From the sequence record MW879341.1: a stretch of DNA of 64,000 nucleotides. One strand, written 5' to 3'. Each line of letters starts with the position of its first letter. Position 1 is the stretch's first letter. Shown in pieces: positions 18,174 through 27,217 of this stretch. Below the pieces are notes generated by a model, which saw only the letters and a list, made by a program, of their open reading frames with translations, had not been told where the DNA came from and searched no databases. A program made the position numbers and the translations under genes.

Positions 18174-18521
18174 ATGTCAATTGGTTTCTTAATCGCAATC
18201 TTACCACGTAAAGCTGAAATTGAATCTCTTTACGATAATGGCTGTCCGGTACCACTGATCGACGTTCAACATGAAAAGTTAACGTCCTGCGCTCGTGGTA
18301 AAGTTACTGGTGAAGGTACTACCGCTCTGGAAGTGGCGTTGGGTGATCTGGGTATGGGTGACAGCGTACTGTTGGACTACGAGCAAACCCTCGAAGACTT
18401 CGACAAACTGTCATTCGCATCCTACAACCAAAGCATGGCTGCTAACCACATGTGGGGTAGCTTTGTGAACGGTAATACGTACGACCCTAAAGATGACGTG
18501 TTGATCTTAGCACGATTCTAA
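18174..18521 (+). CDS. hypothetical protein
   Basis: AAGGA SD. Confidence 0.7.
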   Translation: MSIGFLIAILPRKAEIESLYDNGCPVPLIDVQHEKLTSCARGKVTGEGTTALEVALGDLGMGDSVLLDYEQTLEDFDKLSFASYNQSMAANHMWGSFVNGNTYDPKDDVLILARF

Positions 18522-18524
18522 AGA

Positions 18525-18580
18525 CGGCATAGAGAGTCTCTTACCCCGCAAAGGGTAAGAGACTCTTATTTATGCTGTTT
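18525..18580 (+). terminator. extended terminator hairpin
   Basis: CGGCATA..GAGTCTCTTACCC-CGCAAA-GGGTAAGAGACTC..TATGCTG. Confidence 0.75.
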
Positions 18581-18693
18581 GATATTGCACTGGTAAGGGT
18601 ATTCAAGAAATTCTCTTATCACTGCAATGTCGCAGTAGAATAAAGGGGGTGTTGTAGCACCCCCTTTATAGATAACAAAGAAGGATAATTTCC

Positions 18694-19017
18694 ATGTTAA
18701 CTTTAGCTTCATATCACGGTACAACTCTCGGTCACGTAACTGGGGATATTTTCTCAGTTGGTCACCCTGACGGTACTAAGTCCGCCGTATCGATTAGTGG
18801 TACCGGCGTACGTGTGATCTCAGGAAAGGAATTAGGCAAAGACCTCGAAAGCTGGGTCCGCTTTACCATCCTTGACGTATCTACCCCTCTGCATCAACTC
18901 GATGGCAGGTCCATTCCAGAATACCACGATGATAGCGTTGATAACTTCAACGTCCATCCAACCATTAAGGTTGAACACTTAGCGAACAATTACTTGCATC
19001 GCTTCGGGCTGCACTAA
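18694..19017 (+). CDS. hypothetical protein
   Basis: AAGGA SD. Confidence 0.65.
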   Translation: MLTLASYHGTTLGHVTGDIFSVGHPDGTKSAVSISGTGVRVISGKELGKDLESWVRFTILDVSTPLHQLDGRSIPEYHDDSVDNFNVHPTIKVEHLANNYLHRFGLH

Positions 19018-19056
19018 TCGACATAGCATAGTGCAGCTAAGTATTTAATTACTTAA

Positions 19057-19080
19057 CGGTGTGGACTTCGGTCCACACCG
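19057..19080 (+). terminator. UUCG hairpin (terminator or processing site)
   Basis: CGGTGTGGAC-TTCG-GTCCACACCG. Confidence 0.7.
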
Positions 19081-19100
19081 CTTCTCAATATCCTTTCTTT

Positions 19101-19127
19101 TTTGAGATATATATTATCTTAGTGTAA
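19101..19127 (+). promoter_or_regulatory. early promoter motif
   Basis: TTTGAGATATATATTATCTTAGTGTAA. Confidence 0.7.
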
Positions 19128-19146
19128 TCAATAAGGAGTAAAAGTT

Positions 19147-19920
19147 ATGCCGAATGCAATCGTTGGTAATCTGTTCAATGAGTTCGTTGACATCTATCAA
19201 ATCGTGACACGTACACGCAGTCGTGAGAAAGCACTGTCCGTTATTAACAATGGGCTGTGTGGTATGGCAGCGATGGCCGTGGGGAATATCCTGATTCACC
19301 GCTACCACTTCGATCCAAAACGTATTGAGTGGCGTAGTCATTGTCTGCACATGTGGTTGCGTGTTGACGGTGTGGACTACGATAGTCTCTACCCACTCGG
19401 TTATGGCAAACCTGTGACTGAAGAATGGTTACTGGATAAAGTACAGTATAACAACTACGAGATGGGTGGTCCCATTAGTTCCAAAGAAGACAACGATGGC
19501 TACCAACAATTCCACCTCTGGTACTGTCACGTTATTAATGAAGTCTTCTACGCGCGTCATGGTGTTACTCCACCGGCGTTCCAAGCTAAGAACAAACGGG
19601 ATTGGCGTAAAGGCATCACCAACGGCGAGCGTAAGCAACAGCGTCGCTATAACCGTCGTGGCAAAATAGCAATGGCGGCAAAGCCACGGGACATCATTGC
19701 CGATGTCATGAATGAAGGTCAATGGGTTGACGGCATTTGGACTACCGGCGTTTACCCGCTCACTCATTATAGTCACGGTGAGTTCGAAACAGACTTCAGT
19801 AGACCACTGAAGCATTACGGTGTAGACCTGCGTGGTTGTCGTCTCGCTGAGTTCATTCGCCGCCATCGTCGTCTTATTAAAGACAGCCGTGAGAAAGGCA
19901 TCCCTGTTACCCGACTGTAA
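19147..19920 (+). CDS. putative transglutaminase/papain-fold protein
   Basis: INNGLC(38)G..A, LH(68)MWLRVDGVDYD(79)S: Cys-His-Asp arrangement. Confidence 0.5.
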   Translation: MPNAIVGNLFNEFVDIYQIVTRTRSREKALSVINNGLCGMAAMAVGNILIHRYHFDPKRIEWRSHCLHMWLRVDGVDYDSLYPLGYGKPVTEEWLLDKVQYNNYEMGGPISSKEDNDGYQQFHLWYCHVINEVFYARHGVTPPAFQAKNKRDWRKGITNGERKQQRRYNRRGKIAMAAKPRDIIADVMNEGQWVDGIWTTGVYPLTHYSHGEFETDFSRPLKHYGVDLRGCRLAEFIRRHRRLIKDSREKGIPVTRL

Positions 19921-19929
19921 GGTTTTGAG

Positions 19930-20238
19930 ATGAGAACTAAGAATGACGTGTTGGAACACGTAAGGGTTCGTGTGGCGCAGCGAGTAATGGAAATCCTGCC
20001 ACATCTTCGTCGTAGACTAACCCAGAAGACACTCGCAAGAGCTATCGACACTACACAAGCGGTGGTGTCTGGTGCGGCCTGCGGTTGCGGCACGTTGGGT
20101 ACGTATATTGCAATCTGTCGCGTGTTGGATATCAAGTTCTCTATTGAGATTGATAACGACTCTACGGGTTGCTCATTAGAAACTCTCGATGAGTATATTG
20201 CAAGACTCAATGCGGGTAAGGTAGAGATTACGCTGTAA
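19930..20238 (+). CDS. XRE-like HTH protein
   Basis: LTQKTLARAIDTTQAVVSG...TLGTYIAICRVLD. Confidence 0.7.
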   Translation: MRTKNDVLEHVRVRVAQRVMEILPHLRRRLTQKTLARAIDTTQAVVSGAACGCGTLGTYIAICRVLDIKFSIEIDNDSTGCSLETLDEYIARLNAGKVEITL

Positions 20239-20294
20239 CCATTGGCTCTGTATTTTGATACAGAGCTGAACTATTAAATGAGGAGTGCCGAAAT

Positions 20295-20945
20295 ATGTCG
20301 TTAGTATTACGTGAAGGGATTCTGTGCTACGGTACAGCTACTTTCGATAAAGCGTTCAACATCACTGCGTTGAATATGTCGGATGGTGCTTGTGAAGGTA
20401 CAATCTGCCACACCGGACACGGGGTAGAACTCCCAGGTCGTGTTGTCCTGATAAGTAGCGTGTATTATCGCGTTGGTGACAGGGCATACGCTATTGGTGT
20501 TTGGGGTCGTGACCATACCGGCAAGTGGTATAAGGTCTCTACGGACGTACCTAACGTCGTGGCTAAACAGATTACCGAGGAACTCCAGAAGCGTTGTGAC
20601 TACACGCTGTCTAAACCTCGTGTGAAACTCCCACGCAGCGATGAAGACCGTAACGTTGAACGGCTAGCTGCGATGTGTGGCTTTAGTAATGGTATCTGGT
20701 TGTACGACGACCAGTTCAAATACGAACGCTACTTTACTGACGGCGTCTTCTTCGACCCGTATAACAACGGTGTACATCAGTGGAAGTTAATTACTTCTGC
20801 TCGCTTGAACGTGCGTTACAATAACAAAACCCCAGTAGCTCAGAAAGAAGGCGTGGGTGAGTCAGTTGAGTTAACCTCATATACCTCACTGAACCTGAAC
20901 CGCCAACTCTGCAACTACATCGTTAAACATTGCCTGAAGGATTAA
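20295..20945 (+). CDS. hypothetical protein
   Basis: GAGGAG SD. Confidence 0.7.
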   Translation: MSLVLREGILCYGTATFDKAFNITALNMSDGACEGTICHTGHGVELPGRVVLISSVYYRVGDRAYAIGVWGRDHTGKWYKVSTDVPNVVAKQITEELQKRCDYTLSKPRVKLPRSDEDRNVERLAAMCGFSNGIWLYDDQFKYERYFTDGVFFDPYNNGVHQWKLITSARLNVRYNNKTPVAQKEGVGESVELTSYTSLNLNRQLCNYIVKHCLKD

Positions 20946-20953
20946 TAGCTATT

Positions 20954-21571
20954 ATGACTACTTACGCTGAATTAGTTTATAACCCAAACATCGATACCGA
21001 AAAAGCCACTGCCATCGAATGCAATTGCTACGTTGGTGTTATCATTGGACACATCCACGATAAGGGTGACGGTGTGGTTGAGTGGCGTTATAATGTCGAT
21101 GGGGATAACGTCGATGAATCTCAGTTCTCAACCTTCGTGGGCGACTTTGGCGAGTGGCTCGATAAACACCAGTACCGTACCGCCTGTTGGGATAACTCCA
21201 CCAACTATGAAAACGTGTTGGCTCGCGTAGAGCACAGCTACCTGAAGTGGTGGTTCGGTGAGCATAAAGACTTACCGCTGGTCAAGTTCGATGACTTCAA
21301 AGTTATGGTGGATGCTTATCTGGCAGTAGTGCCGGCAGACTACCGTATGCACACCGGTGACATTGACCTGAGTGACGTTATCAATGAAGTTGGTATGGAT
21401 AGCATCGACCGTTATTCGATTGGTAACATGCTCACTCATTTCCACGGCGAGAACTGGACCTGGAAAGCTGAGCGCATGACCATCATCGCCTACAAGTGGC
21501 AGATGGACATCCATCCGATGGCTATCGCCCTCACCCCAACCACCGCCGCACTGATGCGTGGTGCTAACTAA
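20954..21571 (+). CDS. hypothetical protein
   Basis: AAGGA SD favours ATG 20954. Confidence 0.7.
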   Translation: MTTYAELVYNPNIDTEKATAIECNCYVGVIIGHIHDKGDGVVEWRYNVDGDNVDESQFSTFVGDFGEWLDKHQYRTACWDNSTNYENVLARVEHSYLKWWFGEHKDLPLVKFDDFKVMVDAYLAVVPADYRMHTGDIDLSDVINEVGMDSIDRYSIGNMLTHFHGENWTWKAERMTIIAYKWQMDIHPMAIALTPTTAALMRGAN

Positions 21572-21963
21572 TGGGACTTGATATCACATTAGTAAAAGGT
21601 ACTGTTCACCCCAACTATCTGGCACGTATGGAGCAGGGTGAAACTATCGGTGCTGGTCTAAAGTTCGATGGTGGTGATATCATTACTGTAACCGAAGACG
21701 TTTACTACCAGCGTCGGATGTTTATGGTACGTGATGTTCTTAAAGCCGCACTGGGTAACGCCAGCGAGTCAGAGTACCATTTACTCACACCCGAACGGAT
21801 GACTAAGATCATTGATCTGGCTCGTGAGAAGAGTAACTACCTCGAAGCTCGGCCTAGTGACGTCTATCACGATGAAGTTCAACCGCTGTGCGATTTGATC
21901 TTAGCCATTGACACCGCACAACGTGACGAGTCTGACGAACTTTACTTTGCAATCTGGGGTTGA
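21571..21963 (+). CDS. hypothetical protein (MGLD-start phage family)
   Basis: TAATG coupling; MGLDI...YYQRR. Confidence 0.65.
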   Translation: MGLDITLVKGTVHPNYLARMEQGETIGAGLKFDGGDIITVTEDVYYQRRMFMVRDVLKAALGNASESEYHLLTPERMTKIIDLAREKSNYLEARPSDVYHDEVQPLCDLILAIDTAQRDESDELYFAIWG

Positions 21964-22305
21964 ATGAAATTCAAACCGTACGTAGGGCCTCTGGCCCTTT
22001 TACCCGAATTCGAACCAATGGCGTTTTCAAACCTCGCTGGCCTTCTGGCAATTATCGAACCTGCTAAGAATGTCACCGAGTTCTGGCGATTCTCCACTGA
22101 GCGAACTTACGTAATGGATACACACATCGACTATGTCTTTGTGGAAACCTTCGGTGGTCGTGAGTGGGAGGTCATCGGGTACATTGAAGACGCTACCTTA
22201 GAAGACTTGAAAGAGTTGGGTCTTCCTAACTACGTGAGAGGTGATGATAGTGCCAAACTGGTGTTCCAATCGTCTGTACTTCCAGGGTCCACCCGAGTCC
22301 ACTAA
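21964..22305 (+). CDS. hypothetical protein
   Basis: abuts upstream stop. Confidence 0.6.
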   Translation: MKFKPYVGPLALLPEFEPMAFSNLAGLLAIIEPAKNVTEFWRFSTERTYVMDTHIDYVFVETFGGREWEVIGYIEDATLEDLKELGLPNYVRGDDSAKLVFQSSVLPGSTRVH

Positions 22306-23281
22306 AGAACAGGTTATTCAGAAGATGAATAACTCGGGCTTTACTGAACTACTGGCACACGGCGTTCATACCGCCCGTGCTTTATTCCTACTGGTATTTC
22401 ACGGTTGCATTCGTGTAGACGGTCATGTCTATGGTCGTGAACCATTCAGTTGGATGACGGAGTTCGGTGGTGCGCGAGTTGACCTGAACAAACCCATCGA
22501 CTATGAGGCTACTGAGCTGGCTATGATTCTCAACGGAGTGTTTGACCGTGAGAAGCTTGAGCGTTTAGTGGCATTCGGTCAAGGACGTAAGTTCTTTGAC
22601 ACTGTGGATCAATTAGACGCGGTGGCTCTGGACTCTACGTGTTGGCAGCGTGCAGCCGAACTGTTAAATTCGATCTATTACGATTATCGTGTAGGTCCGT
22701 GGGGTAACGATAAAGACGTAACCACCAATAACGAGCGTTTCTTCCGCTGGTTGAACTACTACTCCAACGAACGTGAAGTGGAAAAACCGGTAGTTGATCA
22801 AACTGTAGAGCAATACTACCACACCATGTTCGAGATCATCCCTCCACAGGTACTCCCTGAGATTAATGGGTTCAATGGTCGCGTACAGGCACCCTCCAAA
22901 GACAATCCACATCGTCTGGGTAGTCGTGGAAGTTCTTATGGTAGTTATGTTCAAACCTACGGTACCAAGTGGCCAGGGTTTGAGTTCTTTGTCGGTGAAG
23001 AAGACGGTCGTGTCTTCATTGACTTCGATACGGCATGGTCACCACCTAACGAAGAGTACTACGATGCTCTGAGCGAACACGTCAAACAACTTGACCGTAT
23101 CTACTTTGCCGAGCAGGGGATGGGTTTCTGTGGGTCTGGTGTAGTTCTGGCTCCAGGAACCACCCTGTGGAAACAAAGTGAGATGACTACTATTTACGAT
23201 GAGTCTAAAGACGACGAGCTTGTAGTTGATAGTATTCAGCCTGAATGGATCGTAGGTAAGGTGGGTAGTTATGGTGGGTGA
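22250..23281 (+). CDS. DUF1281/YubB-like protein
   Basis: (M)PNWCSNRLYFQG N-terminus, TYGTKWP, FDTAWSPP, YFAEQGMGFCG; GTG start behind GAGG. Confidence 0.7.
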   Translation: MPNWCSNRLYFQGPPESTKEQVIQKMNNSGFTELLAHGVHTARALFLLVFHGCIRVDGHVYGREPFSWMTEFGGARVDLNKPIDYEATELAMILNGVFDREKLERLVAFGQGRKFFDTVDQLDAVALDSTCWQRAAELLNSIYYDYRVGPWGNDKDVTTNNERFFRWLNYYSNEREVEKPVVDQTVEQYYHTMFEIIPPQVLPEINGFNGRVQAPSKDNPHRLGSRGSSYGSYVQTYGTKWPGFEFFVGEEDGRVFIDFDTAWSPPNEEYYDALSEHVKQLDRIYFAEQGMGFCGSGVVLAPGTTLWKQSEMTTIYDESKDDELVVDSIQPEWIVGKVGSYGG

Positions 23282-23501
23282 GCAGATCGTGCAGTTTACA
23301 TTCGAAGAAGTTGAACGTGAGAAACAACTTCGCACCAATAAAACTCTGGTTAGTCTAGGGTTAGTGGGTGAGGCGCATTCCGTCAGTGATGTTTGCTATG
23401 GCAAAGATTGCGGCGTGGTTACCAATAGCCTCATTGATCAAATTTCAACGTTCGGTACACACACCGAACCAGCTGAGGTAGAAGATGGCAAAGCGCAATA
23501 A
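23271..23501 (+). CDS. hypothetical protein
   Basis: operon packing. Confidence 0.55.
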   Translation: MVGEQIVQFTFEEVEREKQLRTNKTLVSLGLVGEAHSVSDVCYGKDCGVVTNSLIDQISTFGTHTEPAEVEDGKAQ

Positions 23502-24249
23502 AACAAAGACCGCACCAGTGGAAGGTAAGCAGGCTAACGACCAGATGCTCGGCCGTTTGAACTCAGACCGTGAAACCGCTGCTGCGAAAGAACCTACCCT
23601 TAACTTCGGTAGCTTCCCAGGCGAATCTCGCAGTGCTGCCGGGAGCTTACTGCCTACCCCTAAGCCAGGGGAACCGGTACTCACTGAGACCATCAGTCCT
23701 CAGGAAGCTCGTGCTGAAATGGCGGCATTGTTCGGTGAGTCTGAAACCAACCAAGACTTATCCACCGACAATATCGAACTACTGGACGAACAGTTGAAGG
23801 CTAAAGGTACAACTCTGTCTGAGTTACTGGCAGAGCCAACCAAGGCTACAATCGGTGAGGTAGTCACAGCGTTGGGTGATGAGGAACAACCCGCTGATGT
23901 CTTCAATCCTGGTGAAGGTCGTCTGGTGTTGGTTCAGTACGACCCGGTACGCATTACGGCCGAAGCTGTGGAAGCGTTGATTAGACCCAAATACGAACCC
24001 ATTGGTGCTGGCATTGTGCGGATGACCATTATGGCTACTCGTAGTGATGTCCGCGATGCTCGCATTGAAGCCATCAAAGAGTGGGATGTCATTGTACTGA
24101 TTATTCCAGCGCTGTCCGTTACCCATGCCCATCAGTTCTATCCGCTGGCCGCTGAAGCCGATATCTTACTGGTTGTCAACGAGTTGGGCTATGAGACCCA
24201 TAAGTTCCGTGGCGTGCTCAATTTTAACAAAGCCCCACAGGCGTTCTAA
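23485..24249 (+). CDS. hypothetical protein with disordered N-terminus
   Basis: GAGG SD; P/E/A-rich N-half. Confidence 0.7.
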   Translation: MAKRNKTKTAPVEGKQANDQMLGRLNSDRETAAAKEPTLNFGSFPGESRSAAGSLLPTPKPGEPVLTETISPQEARAEMAALFGESETNQDLSTDNIELLDEQLKAKGTTLSELLAEPTKATIGEVVTALGDEEQPADVFNPGEGRLVLVQYDPVRITAEAVEALIRPKYEPIGAGIVRMTIMATRSDVRDARIEAIKEWDVIVLIIPALSVTHAHQFYPLAAEADILLVVNELGYETHKFRGVLNFNKAPQAF

Positions 24250-24301
24250 GTTATAGGGGGTAGGCAACTACCCCTCAACCCTCTTTAATAAGGTTTACGA
24301 C

Positions 24302-25156
24302 ATGGTTGAAGTAAATAGCGTACCTACTATCGGTATGCCAGAAATACACGCGATGATTCAACACGCACAGTTCTCAATGTTTGATACCGAAGACCCACAT
24401 GCCAGTGTACCATTTATGCAAGTGGATATTGCACCTAAGGCAATCTGGGACCTGATGTTGAGCATTATGCCACGCGGTGAAGACTACGATCATTATCGTA
24501 AGTGTAATACCTGCCGTGAAGCTGTACTCTCTATGGGTAACTGGGTAGTGGTGAATTACGACGGTAGTTTGGACAGTGTTCTTTTCCCAGCACTTGACGT
24601 GCCTGAAGAGTACGACAATGAGTGGACCCGTTGGTTGCGTGCTATGAACTATCACGTCACTATGGATTCCCGCACTGAAGACTGTCGTGTGGTGACCTGT
24701 GGTATTACTCGACCATTAGATGGTGCGCACTTACCTAAGTCGGCTCGTCTGGATACTGAACGTTTACACTTCGGTGTGTTCGCTACTCCACGTCAAGTCC
24801 TTTCTTCTCGCACTCTGGTAAAACGTACCGTCAAAGCGTTTAGTTTGGCCGACGACATTCTGAACTGTCGTGGATTCAATTCAGAGAACCTTGCTGGGTT
24901 GATTCATGCTCACGGCGAAGATGTTGAGTACAAGCAGAACGTATTCAGTGCGCTTAACTCAGCAGCTGCGGTACTGATGTCCATCGAACAGTATGCCGAC
25001 TCTCCAGTGAAGAAAGTCAACATCATTAACGTGGCCTGTGGCTATGAAGACGGTTTGGCTAATTTCCCCGCTGAGTTGTTGCCCGCACTCGCGCAGTTTG
25101 AGAGTGACGGTGATTACGATGCCCTGCTGTTGGCGTTAGAACCTGTCTGCGAATAA
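24302..25156 (+). CDS. hypothetical protein (CxxC)
   Basis: HYRKCNTCR motif; AAGG SD. Confidence 0.7.
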   Translation: MVEVNSVPTIGMPEIHAMIQHAQFSMFDTEDPHASVPFMQVDIAPKAIWDLMLSIMPRGEDYDHYRKCNTCREAVLSMGNWVVVNYDGSLDSVLFPALDVPEEYDNEWTRWLRAMNYHVTMDSRTEDCRVVTCGITRPLDGAHLPKSARLDTERLHFGVFATPRQVLSSRTLVKRTVKAFSLADDILNCRGFNSENLAGLIHAHGEDVEYKQNVFSALNSAAAVLMSIEQYADSPVKKVNIINVACGYEDGLANFPAELLPALAQFESDGDYDALLLALEPVCE

Positions 25157-25204
25157 CAACCAACTCCTAACCTACCCGCAATGAGTAGGTTAGGGTTAGT
25201 ATGC

Positions 25205-25228
25205 TTTCAGATATATATTACTGTAGTG
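25205..25228 (+). promoter_or_regulatory. early promoter motif
   Basis: TTTCAGATATATATTACTGTAGTG contains TATATTAC. Confidence 0.75.
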
Positions 25229-25470
25229 AGGGCATAAAACGAGACATCCATTCGGACGTCTCACATTTGTGTCTTTTATAGGCGCGGCGAACTACCCTAC
25301 AAGCGATCGCTGTTTATCTGGGTAGTTCGCCGCCACCGACCCTCAAGTGCTCATCGTCGATCGAGTGTGTATAAGGCAGCAGGTCTCCGCGTATCTGCAC
25401 GACCAAGGCTCGCCACACGTTCTCGTCACACTATTAACCTAACTGAGTATTTTATTACAAGTGAGTACAT
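25229..25470 (+). ncRNA. candidate structured early ncRNA or long 5' leader
   Basis: directly downstream of early promoter; perfect 14-bp inverted repeat 25284-25297/25320-25333 and other stems; no convincing start before 25472. Confidence 0.35.
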
Positions 25471-25471
25471 T

Positions 25472-25894
25472 ATGGAATTTTTAGATCCTGTAACCGGGAA
25501 GTGGATTAATTCAAACCGCATTCCCGAAGAGGTCCGTGAACGTATTGCCGATACCGTGGACTGGGACAGTGAAGAAGCTCGTCACAAAATCACCGGTGAC
25601 GTAGATATCTTTCACGATTGGGTAAACAACAACTTCGGGATGCGTGAGTTGAACGAAATGTTGGAACCCGCTGACGGTTCTGAACCGGTAATGCCGGAGG
25701 AACCCTTCAAGATCGACCCAGACAACCCTGGATACAAGTACCATCAGAAACTCGTGCGTCTCTATCCAGATGCTGAGATTCGTGCCCAGGTTGTTAACGA
25801 TGCGTTAGAACGCGCTATGGACGGCTCAAAGCATCTCCCGCCAGATGAGCTGTATGATCCAGACGACGAGGTGGACGACTATCATCAATGGTAA
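25472..25894 (+). CDS. acidic hypothetical protein
   Basis: ATG 25472; the listed upstream extension crosses the structured region. Confidence 0.65.
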   Translation: MEFLDPVTGKWINSNRIPEEVRERIADTVDWDSEEARHKITGDVDIFHDWVNNNFGMRELNEMLEPADGSEPVMPEEPFKIDPDNPGYKYHQKLVRLYPDAEIRAQVVNDALERAMDGSKHLPPDELYDPDDEVDDYHQW

Positions 25895-26256
25895 AGATCT
25901 ATACGGCCCAAATCGCGAAGTGGCGTAAGTGTAAGGAACTAGGTGTACCACTCATCGATACAACGGTGAAGTCGGGTATCAAGACCTTTGCGCCTTCGTG
26001 GGATATCGTTAGTCGTGTTAAGGCAGGTACTCTCAGTGAGGTAGGTTATACTGAGCAGTACCTTGCCATGATGCGTGTGAGTTTCTCAAATAACAAAGAG
26101 GAATGGTTAGCACTGCTTCGTGATAACGAAGCTATAGCAATAGCGTGTTACTGTACGGCAGGGAAGTTCTGCCACCGATATCTTTTGGTCGATTACCTAG
26201 TTAAAGTGTGTGAGCACTTCGGTATTGCTTACGAACTCTGCGGAGAGATCCAGTAA
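25888..26256 (+). CDS. DUF488-like protein
   Basis: IYTAQI..DTTVKS..FAPSWDIV..Y..QY..MM..IAIACYC..GKFCHRYLL. Confidence 0.6.
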   Translation: MVKIYTAQIAKWRKCKELGVPLIDTTVKSGIKTFAPSWDIVSRVKAGTLSEVGYTEQYLAMMRVSFSNNKEEWLALLRDNEAIAIACYCTAGKFCHRYLLVDYLVKVCEHFGIAYELCGEIQ

Positions 26257-26497
26257 ATAAATACTGAGCAGGATTATCTTGTAGTTGAAATATACTATCG
26301 CAATCACTCGAAAGGGTGATGCAAAAAGAATTCTGTAAATCAAAGGAAAGATTTATTAACTAATAAACTAGATACGTAGTATCTACCCTTTAAGTTGTAT
26401 TCACTAAGAATACAACGGTATGTTTGGACTTGGGTTTATTAGAGTAACTTTTCCAACTAGGGGACGTTTAGTCCCCCTTGTTTAAAGGATGTGAGTT

Positions 26498-26890
26498 ATG
26501 TCGAGAGAGTCAGTTATTGGTATGCGCATGCGTATCAACGTTATACAGAACATCTTCCGCTATATCGATACTACTGGTGATTATACAGTCGGTCGGTTAG
26601 AGGACGCACTCTATCTTTTAAAGGCTGCGATAGACGCCGGTGGTGAGTTTACCCTACCGCCCAAAATCCCACACATTAACGTATTGTTTCAGTACAACGA
26701 GTACCCGATGGATTTAGTCTACGGGAAAATACTGAAGCTGTTTGGCATGGATGGCGACACTAACGATCGCCGTATCGCGATGGCTGTCTTAATTGGCACC
26801 ACGGTTAGAATCGAAACACTGATTAAATTCACCGAAAAGGTGAAATTGGCTGAAGCTGCGGGTATGGGGTTTGTTGTATGGAAACCATAG
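26498..26890 (+). CDS. hypothetical protein
   Basis: ORF with SD. Confidence 0.65.
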   Translation: MSRESVIGMRMRINVIQNIFRYIDTTGDYTVGRLEDALYLLKAAIDAGGEFTLPPKIPHINVLFQYNEYPMDLVYGKILKLFGMDGDTNDRRIAMAVLIGTTVRIETLIKFTEKVKLAEAAGMGFVVWKP

Positions 26891-27213
26891 AGGTACTAGA
26901 GAAGTTAACGATTATCTGCCAGGAGGTAGACTTACGTGGTGGCTTCACATTGTCAGAACTGATGACAGTGCATGACATCGTTAAGTTTGTCCAACTGAAC
27001 TACCCAGGGTATCCGAATAGCTTAACGCCGGAGATTCTTCGCATGCGTGTGCAGTACGACGGATACACTATCGACATGTTATCCTTTGCCGCATTGGATG
27101 TAGCAAAGACTGTCGCCCCTAAACGGTTACACGCAGTGCTGGGAATTATTGGCGCACGCGCTGCACTCTGCTTACGTAACCACTTTTACATTGCAACAAA
27201 TTTAAGGAATTAA
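26878..27213 (+). CDS. hypothetical protein
   Basis: operon packing. Confidence 0.6.
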   Translation: METIEVLEKLTIICQEVDLRGGFTLSELMTVHDIVKFVQLNYPGYPNSLTPEILRMRVQYDGYTIDMLSFAALDVAKTVAPKRLHAVLGIIGARAALCLRNHFYIATNLRN

Positions 27214-27217
27214 GCTA

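Noticed and set aside
25367-25471. 35-codon N-terminal extension of ORF 25367
   Set aside because: GTG start with no SD, basic low-information sequence unlike the acidic body of the protein.
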